From: Halocafeteria seosinensis
Taxonomy: Eukaryota
Assembly: GCA_001687465.1 (NCBI GenBank)
Contig: LVLI01000156.1
Span: 62,001-126,000 of the forward strand
Length of the DNA: 64,000 nucleotides
Reading direction: 5' to 3'
Position numbers and translations under genes: made by a program. This document shows, one piece after another, positions 49,045 to 60,374 of this stretch. The stretch's first letter is position 1. Each line of letters begins with the position of its first letter. The notes below the pieces were generated by a model. The model searched no databases. It was not told the origin of the DNA and was given only the letters and a program-made list of their open reading frames with translations.

Positions 49045-50585
49045 TTAACTACCTTCAACAACGCGACTACCAACCCTAGTTGGGTCCATTGACGGATAGT
49101 ATGGAGTATTCGCCTGTCTTCTATCCTCTTTGCTGCCACCCTTCTTGGCTGGCCCTCCTTTCCCAGAGGGAGCAGAACCAGGAGGTGGCGGCATCGGCGG
49201 CATGGGGGGAAGTTGGGCACCATGATTCGACGACTGGGAAGCAGATGCAGGAGTCGAAGAAGAAGCGGTAGCAGGGCTGCTACTCGAAGAGGAAACCCCT
49301 TGGGCTTGCTGTTGAGCAGCGGCCATTGCAGCCTGTTGCTGGGCATAGTACTGGTTCCATGCCTGCCATACATACTGTTGATAGTTTGCATAGGCCTCTG
49401 GGCTACTTCCGGGATGCGGAGGTTGTTGTACAAGCGTGGGATTCGCGGCGTTGCTACTTTGGTTTTCACTCTCGGGTGACTGCTTCTTGGCCCAGCTCAC
49501 TCTGCAGTTGTATCCATTTATTGTAAAAGACCCTTGTGATGCTGCAGCCGCTTGCTCCGCCTGCGCTCTCGATGCGAATTCAACGAATGCGCATTTACTA
49601 TTTCTCACAATATGAACACGGACAATTTCCCCGTATTCGGAAAACGTCGATCTCAAATGCTTCTCTTCAATGGGTTCCTCCACGCCACCAATCCATAGTG
49701 TCTTTATCTCTTGATCCGTTGGCGGTTCAATCTGTTGCTGCACTTTACCCTCGTGCTTATTGAGCATACTGCTAGCATGCTTATCGTCCACGCCAAAGAA
49801 TCGATCCTTAATGCTCTGCTGTATACCCTTTCCGTCTCCCTGCAAGTGTTCAGGCGGTGGCGGTTGTGTCGAGTAGGGATTTTCAGCTCCGCGAGTGTCT
49901 TCCCCTTTCGCTGTAAACGTGCAGTATTTCGGCATATTGCGCCGGTAATCAGGTCCTTGAGCATCACGCTGAGCTTTCATCTTCATTAGCTCTGCATGGG
50001 CTGCATCGGTCACTTGCTCAGTTCCAGCGCCTTCAGCAGCCGAGTTCGCCACCTTATCCTGATGCTGCTGGAACCCCAGTTCACTTTTCGGGACGAAAGC
50101 TTTCTGGCCTCCATACTTCTGTATTATCGCATCCCGTACAGCCACAGGGAGACCTGCAGAACGCAAAAAGTTCATTATAAATGCCGATACAACACAATGG
50201 GGGCCCACGCAAGGCAACTTGAAGTTACCCCTCGGCCCTGCTCCAGGGGATAACAAAGGGGACCTACTGTCCCTCATGCTTTTTCTTGTTTAAAGTTGAA
50301 GTTAGACATACCGTATGTAAGGTCATGCACGCAACATTGGCATACATTCTGCACTTTGGAGCATTTCTGACACACCACCGTCACTTTGAATCTTCCTCTC
50401 CTTCCCGCTTTCCACCTGAACTCCGTCATGGGTTTTGAGCACGCATTGCACTGTTTTGCGAAAGGTTTCTTTGTCATGCGCACGTAGGGACTATCGCCGA
50501 GGCAAATTTCGCATAACACGGGGAACTCAGCTTTCTCCCACTGCTCATACTGGCCGTCGCTTTTCACAGGTAATGCACGTTCCAT
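49045..50585 (-). CDS. RBM22: Pre-mRNA splicing factor RBM22/ECM2/SLT11
   Basis: WE..EFPVLCEICLG..PYVRM, C..C..P.T.FRW, VCQ.C.K..NVCQCC..DL.YGLPV.VRD, QQSIKDRFFGVDD and RRM IKTLWIGG...CAFVEF. Confidence 0.93.
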
Positions 50586-50766
50586 TGTATAATCTCGCCT
50601 TTCCTCTGAAATTGAAAGAATTCAGACACAAACGACCATCAATGGCAGTTTATCTTACACGTCTACTGTATGTGAAGGCTTTGAAGAGATTAATTTCAAT
50701 TTGACATTTTGAGTTATCCTACTTCAACGAATGTAGTTTTCTTGTACATTTTGCTGGCTATGTAAA

Positions 50767-52100
50767 CTAATCGTCTTCAGCTTCTTCACCCTCTTCATCT
50801 TCATCCTCTTCGCCTTCCTTGGCTTCTTTAACAGGAATCTCGGCTTCCTGAAACAAAGTCTTAGCCAAGTACTCGTCTCCTTGGAGAGCTTCAAAGAAAG
50901 ACTCTACCATTACCTTTGTCTCTTCGTCTTGAGGAGCTTTTGCTGGTTTTTGCCCTCCTTCTCCAGCACCTTCCCCCTCTTCTTCCTCCTCTTCACCTTC
51001 CTCCTCTCCTTCTTCTTCCTCTCCCGCTCCGAATTTCTCAGCATTCCTCCAAGCACGCCGCAGGTGTTTCAAATGGGTATCATTGGGTGGCGAAACACAT
51101 GCTAATTTCAAAGCCTTCCATAAGTGGGACTCTTTCGCACACCCTTGATTCCATATGTCGTAGAAACCACAGGTTCTGCACGGACGAAAAAGAGATCCAC
51201 AGCCAGGAGCAGATATCAAGCCGTGATGCTTACGTTTTCGCCGCTGCTTCACTATATCCGTTTTTGCAAATATAAATAGTACCAAGAAGTTCAGGCAGGT
51301 CTACTTCTCCTGTTCCCTCCTTATCTGTACCGCAGGGTTCCATTGACCACAGTACTCCAACTTACCGAGATCTTCAGTACTTACCGAAGAGATCAAATAC
51401 AGTCATAGCATTCTTCGTATACTCTTTCTTAACTGGTTCCTTTTGAGGCTTTTGTCCTTCCTCATCACCTTCTTCTCCTTCCTCGCCACCCTCCTCGCCT
51501 TCATCCTTTCCCTCTTGAGTATCTTCCCCGCCTTCGTCCTCTCCTCCTTCTTCGCCACCTTCCTCTCCTTCACCTTCACCCTCTTCCTCGTTCTCTTTAT
51601 CCGCGGCAGCTGGCTGCTCTGGGGTGACTTCCTTGTCGATTTCCATTTCTGCAACAGCGAATAGCCATCCAAGTATGGTGAATACGCACGATATGACCGT
51701 TAGAGGAATCATCAAGCTACTGTGATCCCGCCTTGTGTAAAATGGAAAACATACCAATGAACGCCTGGTGAAGCGGTTCCGGTCCTGCTATGGCTGCATC
51801 TTTTGGTGCTTCTTCGTCTTCGTTTTGTTTTTCCTGATAGTGCTGTTTTAGTTTCTCCTTGAGAACCGTGGCGCATTGCTCCACATCAACTGCGACCAAA
51901 AGGGGAAAAAACAGTTATAATTCAGTCGTTCATTCTCCCGTAGGAACCGTTCCACCGTGACAACATTAAACATGCGTTCCGGCTAACGTACATTCTTGCA
52001 AGAACTTGAGGTCGTGAATACGCTGTGCTAGATCCTGCATTGCCGGGTCGATTTCGACCTTGCTGCCGGCAGCCTCCTCCTCTTCGCCGTTGTCAGACAT
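50767..52100 (-). CDS. Acidic EF-hand protein (calcineurin-B/calaxin-like EF pair), multi-exon
   Basis: Spliced AMTVFDLF-DKEGTGEVDLPELL is an EF loop, followed by GFYDIWNQG as a degenerate second loop. Long E/G tracts. Confidence 0.55.
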
Positions 52101-52299
52101 TGTCGATGAATGAGTTCGTGAGTACAACTAGGAAAACAACAATGATAGCATACACCAATAAACCCATCAATCAATTGTTGTTCAGCAGCTATATTGAATA
52201 AACCGACGCTATCGCCGGCGAGCCAAAGACGCGCGCGGTTAAGTTGCAGTGAACTTCAAACTCGGCTGGAATTTTTCGAAAGGGTGTGTAAGCGTGTTT

Positions 52300-53243
52300 G
52301 AAGGTTCTGTACGAATGCCGATCTTTTGGAGCGCAAAATATGCATGCATAATGTATTTCTATTCGATATGGTCCCCGAGCTTGCAGTAGTCTTCCAACTG
52401 CTGGACTGTGTGTAACTTCTCGCCACATGCCTCAGACGAAGTGGTTAGCAGGTGTATCGTCCTGGATCCAGCTAGTTTGAGATGACGAAATTATACTTCT
52501 GGAGAGTACAATGAAACCTAACGTTATGCCGAATCCAGTAAATCCAGAATTGAATTCCTCTCGGCAATTTTCGACAAGACTTGGAACTTGTGAGGTCACA
52601 ATGAGTCAGGTGTCCAGCATGATAAATCCACTGATATTCCAAAGTGCTGGCGTTAGAGTTATTTGACAGGTGCTATTCCAGTCCCCGAAAACTCAACTGC
52701 AGCTGTACTTGGTGCCACATCCGTTTATTTCCGCCTGATCCGCACCACGTTGCGGATGGTGTGTCCTATTCTAGACCGCGTCACTGCTATATTTCAAGAA
52801 TCTTCATGTAAAAAGTCTTAAACTTTTCTAGGAGTTAAAACTGTGAAAAAATCCATTTTAGCTCTCCAATACACCAGCAGTGGAAGTGGAACTCGCGGTC
52901 TGCAGCCAACAACACTCTGAACACTGTATGTAGCGCATCCACCCTACAATTCCCAGACAAAGCTAGGCATAGTTTATATGAATAATAAGTGCATAAATCA
53001 CTAAAAATCACTCATTTCCTGGTGAGCTTCAGAGTAACCCTGGGGAAGTAAGAGTTGTAGCTTCTGAGAGATCTTTGCGAGTTCGCGACTCTCTGCAACA
53101 GATGCGACATACTCCTCCTGCGCTCTACACAATCTCATCACCAGCGTATTGTCGCGGATGGTCAATAGGTAATATAGAGTAGCTAAAACATTATAGCGGA
53201 AATACTTGTTGGGCGCTGTAAAGGAGAACATGAGGACGCACAA
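52300..53243 (-). pseudogene. Decayed protein-kinase relic (TKL-like)
   Basis: Minus-strand fragments in kinase order: REL, PLLVYWRAKMDFFTVL, KILEI..RGLE, HAGHLTHCDLTSS (HCDL at 52592-52603) and FTGFGIT (GFG at 52528-52536), with frameshifts and stops. Confidence 0.45.
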
Positions 53244-53475
53244 TTTGAACTCACGGCCACCAGCGGCCTCCTCCCCTTTCTTTCTTTAGAGGGCCTTGAA
53301 GGTTGCATCTCTCTCCACAGAAGCTAGATAGGGACTTTATCTAACCCCTCGGTTCCTGTTTCCCTGTGTGGAACTCTGCAGTTGGTGGTAGAACGGCGGT
53401 AACACTCAGTGTGCAGACGAGACTTCCCCCTTTGGGGACGAGATCTGGATCTCTGAAGCTCCTGTAATATAAACA

Positions 53476-56400
53476 ATGGATGTGGACAGGGCAGCCACGC
53501 GACACAGCTCGCCCACCTTGAATCATATCCCTTCGGACCGTGTGATGGACCCAGAAGCCCCTCATGCTGTGCGAAGACGACGGAGTTCTGGAGCAGAGCA
53601 CATGGATGCGCATCGTCTCCTGAATAAAATTGACAGGGAACGCTCCTTAAGCACTACAGGGGAGTCGCCTGGGATCATTTACCAAGGAATTCTGTGGAAA
53701 CGGGGGCACATGAGGAAAAATTGGAAAAAGCGATACTTTGTACTGGCGTGGAATTTTAGTCGAGGATTCATTCTGTCATACTACACCGTAAGCTCGAAGG
53801 GGTTACAAGGGAAGGAGTGTAAAGGGTCCGTTAGGTTAGGCAAGAGATGTACAGTTCGGGAAAGTGATTTAAGGCCGTATGGTTTCTTCATCGAAGAAGA
53901 AGCTCATGAACATTCTAATTTGTACCTCTCAGCCAGGAACGAAGAGGAGAGACAGGCTTGGATGGATGTCCTGGCTGGTTGTCTTCGCAGCATCACGTCC
54001 CAATCGTACTCTGTCAATGGACGGAGTTCCACCTCAACGCCTATCAAGGTGCCACCGCCTCCACCACCTCGCCCACTCGGTGGACAGGGAGGTGACGGTG
54101 AACATTTCAGTGATAATAGTTCCGAAGAAGGAGTTATTGATACTGGGGATCCTTCCACTAATCGTACTGAGATGAGGATGAGGAGAAGTAGGACATCAAC
54201 GTTTCGAGAAGGTATTCAGGATGAACGTATAAAGAAAAAGTATCCCTCTCGTGTCAAAGTCTACGTCAGTCATGGAGAAAATATGGATATCCAAGAAGAC
54301 GGGGAACCTGTCGTTCAGTGTCAAATAGGATCTGCACGAGCTAGAACTCGTGTCGCATCTGTAGGGAACCAGCTCGTAAGCTGGAGGGAATGCATTGGTC
54401 CGGTGAAGTTGTCCGATTCAGAGAGATACGCTATCATCTACGTCGTCGACGAAGCTGGAAAGCAATCGGGAAGAAAGGCAAATGAACCCAGATATGTTGG
54501 GCGGGCAGTGGTACCACTGAGTTTAGCATGGTACAACTCTTCTCCTCGTTGGTTTCCGCTCTGCAATGTAAGCTCGGGAAAGCAAGATAAGCTATCTGTG
54601 CAAGGACGCATCATGCTTCAGTTTATCTGTGAGGAGCGTGTCTGTCCTCCATTACAAGCATCGTTCGAACATATACGAAGCCTTCAATGTCTTCGCCCGG
54701 CTATTCTTAACCCGCTGCATGTATGCGGCATGACTGATAAAAGCAGTCACCACCACAGACGATTTGATTTTGCAGCCAAAGAAATGGTTGAGGATGCATG
54801 TTCAGGAATAATGCGCCCTTTCAGTGAATCCTCTAGTGGCGTTTTCCCTGGAACACTCTTTTTAACTAATTTTCGCCTTCTGTTTATTCCTTCTACTTTT
54901 GATCTAGCCCATTTTGATGAAAACTGGCCAGAATCAACTTCTGAATGGGAGCAGATAAAGATGGACTCAACCGATAAACAATCGCTCTCGAGCGGACTGA
55001 ACGCTTCTTACTTTGCAGAAAAGGCTGAAACAACCTTCGTCACTGTGGATAATCAGACCGGCTTTCAATCTCATGGCTTAATGATGGCATTTCACATCCC
55101 ACTCGATCTGATCAAGAGAGTGAAAGTGAAACACTTGGCGTCTTCCTCAGGTAATGAAGCTATAAGCGAAGGGGACTCTAATGTAAAGGCAGTGTCGCCA
55201 GTATTGAAAATTTACGCAAGACACTTTCTTTTACCGAGGTTTACTGTGCAATCTGATGGTATTTGTCAGGAGCATGATGTTGCAAGACGATTCAGCGGTG
55301 GAATTACGAATGGAAGTCAGAGACTTGGTACCCAAAGCCTCAAGTCGGCCGCAGATGCTTGCTCAAGAATTGCTGAAAGATTAAGGTACCATCTGTTTGC
55401 GTCATCTGAAGACGAACAGTTAACAGTTAGACCAGATATTTCGCACTGTCCGTCTGATCCCGGTTTACAGTCAAGTGGTCAAAGTAATGATTTGCCATTA
55501 TCTTCCTTTTCTCATGTCTACGATATCCAAAGAGAGTTTGACCGACAATGCATCTCTCCACGGTTCTGGCGACTTAGCTATGCCAATCGGAATTACGGGA
55601 TATGTGAGTCCTATCCCCCCTTATTGATGGTCCCGAGTACTGTAAAAGATGATGATATTAGGGGGAGCGCCCAGTTCCGATCGCGAGGTCGTTTGCCTGT
55701 GTTAACATGGCACCATCCGGCCAATGGTGCCGCGATTCTTAGGAGTGCTCAACCATTAATCGGCCTTAGAAGGAAATCCTGTGAGGAGGACGAGAAATTG
55801 CTTCACCACGCTAGGTTCGTAGTCCTACGTTTCGTCGCGTTGCTGTTGTCGACATTTCTGATATATCCTATCGTTGCAGAGAAGCATCGCCACATGCTAG
55901 TGAAAGGTTGGTGATTCTTGATGCAAGAGCGCCGCTGCATGCTCAAGCAAACACCGCACTTGGTAAGGGCACCGAAAAAACAGGTCCCGGTACAGGATAT
56001 CCGACGTGCCAGCTGCTCTATCTTAACATCAGTATGTGATCCCATAATCATAGATCTTAAAATGCTCTGCACAGTTTAGTCGCCTGCAGGTAATATACAT
56101 GTAATTCGAAAGTCTTTGGAACAAGTGAATGCCCTATTGACGAAGAATCACGAAAGAATTGAGCTGCATTCGGCGCAGAAGCAAGCTTCGAGCAGCACTG
56201 ATTTGCTCACAGCTACGGGAACCAGTGAAAGAAATAAACCCACGAGACAGTCCTTATTCGACAAACTTTTCAGACGAAAGAAGAAAAAGAAATCTTCGAA
56301 GAGTGTCTCACGGAGTGGCGGATCATTCTACACGAGGGGAGAGGTGACTGCAATGGACACCGCAGCCGAAGAAGATGAGTCCGATTCCGATGATGAAGAG

Positions 56401-57996
56401 GACGATGAAAGTGAATCTGAAGACGAAGTTGACACTACTCTAAGAGACAGCGAAGTCTTTCATAATACCAACCCGGTAGCTGTTGCAAAGCGTGGCTCGG
56501 ATGCCTCTCAGGTTAAACCTGTCGACCAGAGCGGCGGCCCTCGGCGTTCTCTCCAGCCCTTGGCTCGGGGTCTAAGCAGACTAACGCGCGAGCAACGCCA
56601 CAATAGTGTTTTTGCAATCAAAAGTAACGAAGGGGGTTTGAAACCCGGTCGTCGATCGTCTCGACGCTCAGCTACGAAGAATAAAATGACGGTGTTAGGT
56701 ACACCGGTTTCCCGCGGCCCTGATACTAAGAAAAAAACGAAAAAACAAAGGGAGTCGGGTGAATGGGCCACCGCCCATATGAGTGTCACAAAACAACGCG
56801 GTGTATACACTGTCGAGCGGCAAGCAATCGAGGACGATTGGGCGGCTCAAATTGCTAATACTGGCTGGTTTGGTCACTGCGCACTCATCTTAACTGCGGC
56901 CACCAAAGTGGTTAGACTAATCGACGAGTGTGGGACTAGCGTACTTATCCATTGCAGCGGTGAGTCATCCAATTCTTGCGCATACTCTATTGCGGATACA
57001 ATTATTATTGATCACGGTTTATATCATTGCCGATGCGCAGATGGCTGGGATCGGACGTCTCAAATTTCAAGCTTGGCCCAATTGATGCTTGATCCGTATT
57101 ATAGAACAATCGAAGGTAGGATTTCACTGTAATTTATACATATCATTTCTGTCATATAAAGTGGGAAGTGTGCAGGTTTTGCAATTCTTGTGGAAAAGGA
57201 CTGGCTCAGTTTTGGGCATAAGTTTAGATCACGGTGCGGAAGGGACAGACAAAACCAACACGAGGAGAGCCCTATTTTCTGGCAGTTCCTGGATTGCGTG
57301 TACCAACTACTAGATCAGTTTCCCTCCGCGTTCGAATTCAAGAGCGATCTCCTATCTACAATTGCTATCCACTGCCATTCGAAGTGGTTTGATAATTTCC
57401 TATACGATACACCTAGAGAGCGCCACGAAATGCGCACTCAGACCTCGAACACACCGACCGGGAGACAATCCGAAAGGGAAAAAAAGGATGAATGCATACA
57501 ATCGCCATGCTTATGGAAAACACTCGCAAAGGAAAAGGATATGTTTGTGAACAACTCCTACAAGAGGCCACCCGCAGCAACGTTATGGCCCATACCCTTG
57601 GATCAAAACAGCGTGCGGTTCTCCAACGGTGATACACCCGAGGGGCAGGTGTACAGGCGAATCTGGATGCGAAGCCTTGTGCTTCAAGCTGAATGCTCGA
57701 CTCGGTACTTCGATTTATGGAGATCGTTTTTTCTGCATTTTGTTAACCGCGTACGTTGCTCGCTCAAATATGAAGCACAGTGGGCGAGACCGTCCGCTGC
57801 CTACGTTCCCGACGAAGTCATCGGGAACGGAATCATAGCAGTAGCTAGACAGTCCTTGCCTGAAGAGTCTGACGAGGAAAGATCCGCTTCTTCGAGACGA
57901 TCCCAGCTCGTGCAAAAAACGTTAGAAAAATTCCGTTCACGGAGCGGAACGGAAAACATACGCAATCCGGCTGCCGAGGTGAGCCAATGGAGATAA
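53476..57996 (+). CDS. Myotubularin-family phosphoinositide phosphatase with N-terminal PH and C2-like domains
   Basis: PH (GILWKRGH.RKNWKKRYF), C2-like (YVGRAVVPL...WFPL), GRAM-like (GTLFLTNFRLLF), and MTM motifs ICESYP, FRSRGRLPVLTW, spliced HCS-DGWDRT, LMLDPYYRTIEG, EKDWLSFGHKF. Confidence 0.92.
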
Positions 57997-58022
57997 AGTG
58001 TGCTATCGATCCTCTCGGGAGC

Positions 58023-60126
58023 TCATGGATGACATGTATACCCTTTGCGGGATAGCCAGTATTCCCATTGGCTGCCACTTCTAACAAAGAAGTTATTCAA
58101 CTCTTTCACAAGACGCCGTGATATAGTATGTTGATGCTTGTGTACCTGTACGAGCATCACCATTTGTTGGATATCTTCTTTCGAATAGTGACGCACTGGC
58201 TCATAGTTCCTTCGGCAGATCCAGGATTTGAATGCACCTGTTGTTTCTACGAACGCAAGCAGGACTGCGACGACTGCAACAGGTGCGGCATAATCTCCTT
58301 GGTTGTCCAATAGCACGAGTTTACTGCCTACAGGACCCTTGGTTATCCATGTAAAAGCAACGTCCATCACAGCTGGGAGCACAGTCCGGGTCCAATACTC
58401 TCGGGAATAGGAATTCTTTCTCTTGCTAATGGGAACATAAGTGTACAAAAAGCGTTCACTGGTTTTTTGGGTCATACCCGTAGACTGCAGTTCGGGACCC
58501 GGAGGCGTCAATCGCTCTCTTGGACATTCCTTGAGTGAAGTCCCGAGATCGATTATGTAATACCGAAGGTGTTCTTCCGTGTTTCTCTCTTCAAAGAATT
58601 TAGCGTCCTGTAGTGCAACATCATTCACACTTCCTACTAGCAAGTCATCCCGTACAACGCTCTGAAAGGCATCCGCCCCAGCCAAGAGCCCTCTTGACAA
58701 GTTTCTCTCGACGCTGCTAGGCTTACTGCAGAGAGGAAATGGTGAACAGTAAGAAGACTTGTCCCAGTTGCGCAATCGGGGGAAACAGACGTACGTCACC
58801 AATTTTGTGTTAGTGTCTCCCAGTAAGGCCTCAGGGTTTTCCCACAAAAGCTGAGGGGTTAGCTTCTCGGAGACTGCAGGCTGTACCATAGGTACCCATG
58901 CTTCTTCATCATCGCCTGCGCCTTGAATGTACGTCCAGCTCATACTTTCCCGTTGCCATTCTTCCTTCCATTCCATAGACGATGAGAGGCAAATCACGGG
59001 AATGAATCCCAGCTCCAAGAAGCCACCAAATAACACCGGTAAATCGTCCATGCACCGTTGCAGATCACACGTGCATGGCCCCCTGCCATTTAAGAATTGA
59101 CACTCGGGGCTATCTACATAATCTGGCAAAATCTCATTGCAGCAGAACGGACATGTGGCAATATGGCTATACTCTACACCGTGTGAGTACTCCCTACGAT
59201 CTCCTCGACATATCCACACGCAACGTAGAGGTCTAAATGCATAGTCTGTGTCCCATTTGCCGCAAATATTCGTAACTAAAGCTTTATTTCGCTGCAAGTG
59301 ATTAACCCATCCCGGCATTTTTGCCTTAATAGAGTCCTGCTCCGTGGGGGAGACCCATGGCTGCATCAACGCAAAGAGTATGCAAGCTACACAGGATCTG
59401 TTGGCGATGCAACAACGCTTACTGGCAGGTGAAGGAACTGGCATGGATCAACGTCAATACCATAGGCACTTTGATAAACGACTGAGTTGAGCACCGCGCA
59501 CCAGATAGGCACAGTCTTAGACAGGGCATCAGGAAACTTTTTCCCTCGACGTGTGCTATCTACTATGATCACTCCTTCGTTGGCTAAAGCGGCTTCCAGC
59601 ACATTGAAATTGAGGCGCACCGGGGAAAAGTTCCAATTCCCGTGGTGGCCGTCCGTAGACTGTTGAGAAGGACGAAAACAAGTCATAACGCCCCCTTCTT
59701 TCTGAAGAAGTATAATCAATACAACGGGATGCTTACCTTAAAATAGCAGGTGTCATCAAAGTTTGGGTGATACCAAACACCGTTTCTCTTATTCGCAATC
59801 AGGGGAAACTCGTCGTACTCCTTCCGAATGCATTCAACATACTCTCCATCAGCTAAAATCGACCTCACATAGTTTTCCAAGGTCCTACGCGCTTGCTGTC
59901 GTACTTTACGGTCCTCCCATCGTGCTGGACGATGATCTCGTTTCAGGGCCGAAATATCCTCTTCCCCTAGTATGTGGTGCTCCTTTCTTTGATCGATTGA
60001 ATCCTCCCCGTTTTGAGCTTCCGAATCATGGTGCCCCGAGGAGGAAGAATGCCCTGTGGCACATGTTTGCTGGATGCAATCATCCTCCTCCCTTAGTTTA
60101 TGAGTTTCACCTTCACAAGATGCCAT
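58023..60126 (-). CDS. RIT1: tRNA A64-2'-O-ribosylphosphate transferase
   Basis: N.R.G.WY, CYFK-STDGHHGNWNFS..RLN, IIVDSTRRGKKFPDALSKTVPIWCAVLN and YIQGAGDDEEAW. Confidence 0.93.
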
Positions 60127-60315
60127 TACAATTGCAGACAGAGAATCGTCGCTCTTCGCATTGGTATTGAATCATCTTGAACCAACACACAACCAGTATT
60201 GTTATACTACCAGTACCAATCCTGCCTGGAACAGTTTTGTCGCCAAGGCGGAGCCAGCCGAGAGCAGGAACGAGCCTCGTTCTTTCTTCAACGAGGAAGA
60301 CACGAGGACTCTCAG

Positions 60316-60344
60316 GAGAGAGAGAGAGAGACAGAGAGACAGAG
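60316..60344. repeat. Interrupted (GA)n microsatellite in the RIT1/RFK divergent intergenic region
   Basis: GAGAGAGAGAGAGAGACAGAGAGACAGAG read directly. Confidence 0.9.
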
Positions 60345-60374
60345 TTGCGGTAGCGTACTGGATTCTGGACTGCG

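Noticed and set aside
21412..50585. Functional cluster of splicing genes (DDX23, IK, RBM22)
   Set aside because: They are spread over 29 kb among unrelated genes, which is compatible with chance in a gene-dense genome.
21083..52100. Two genes both start MSDNGEE (21103 and 52100)
   Set aside because: The codons differ (ATGAGTGACAATGGG vs ATGTCTGACAACGGC) and the similarity stops there, so this is convergent acidic N-termini.
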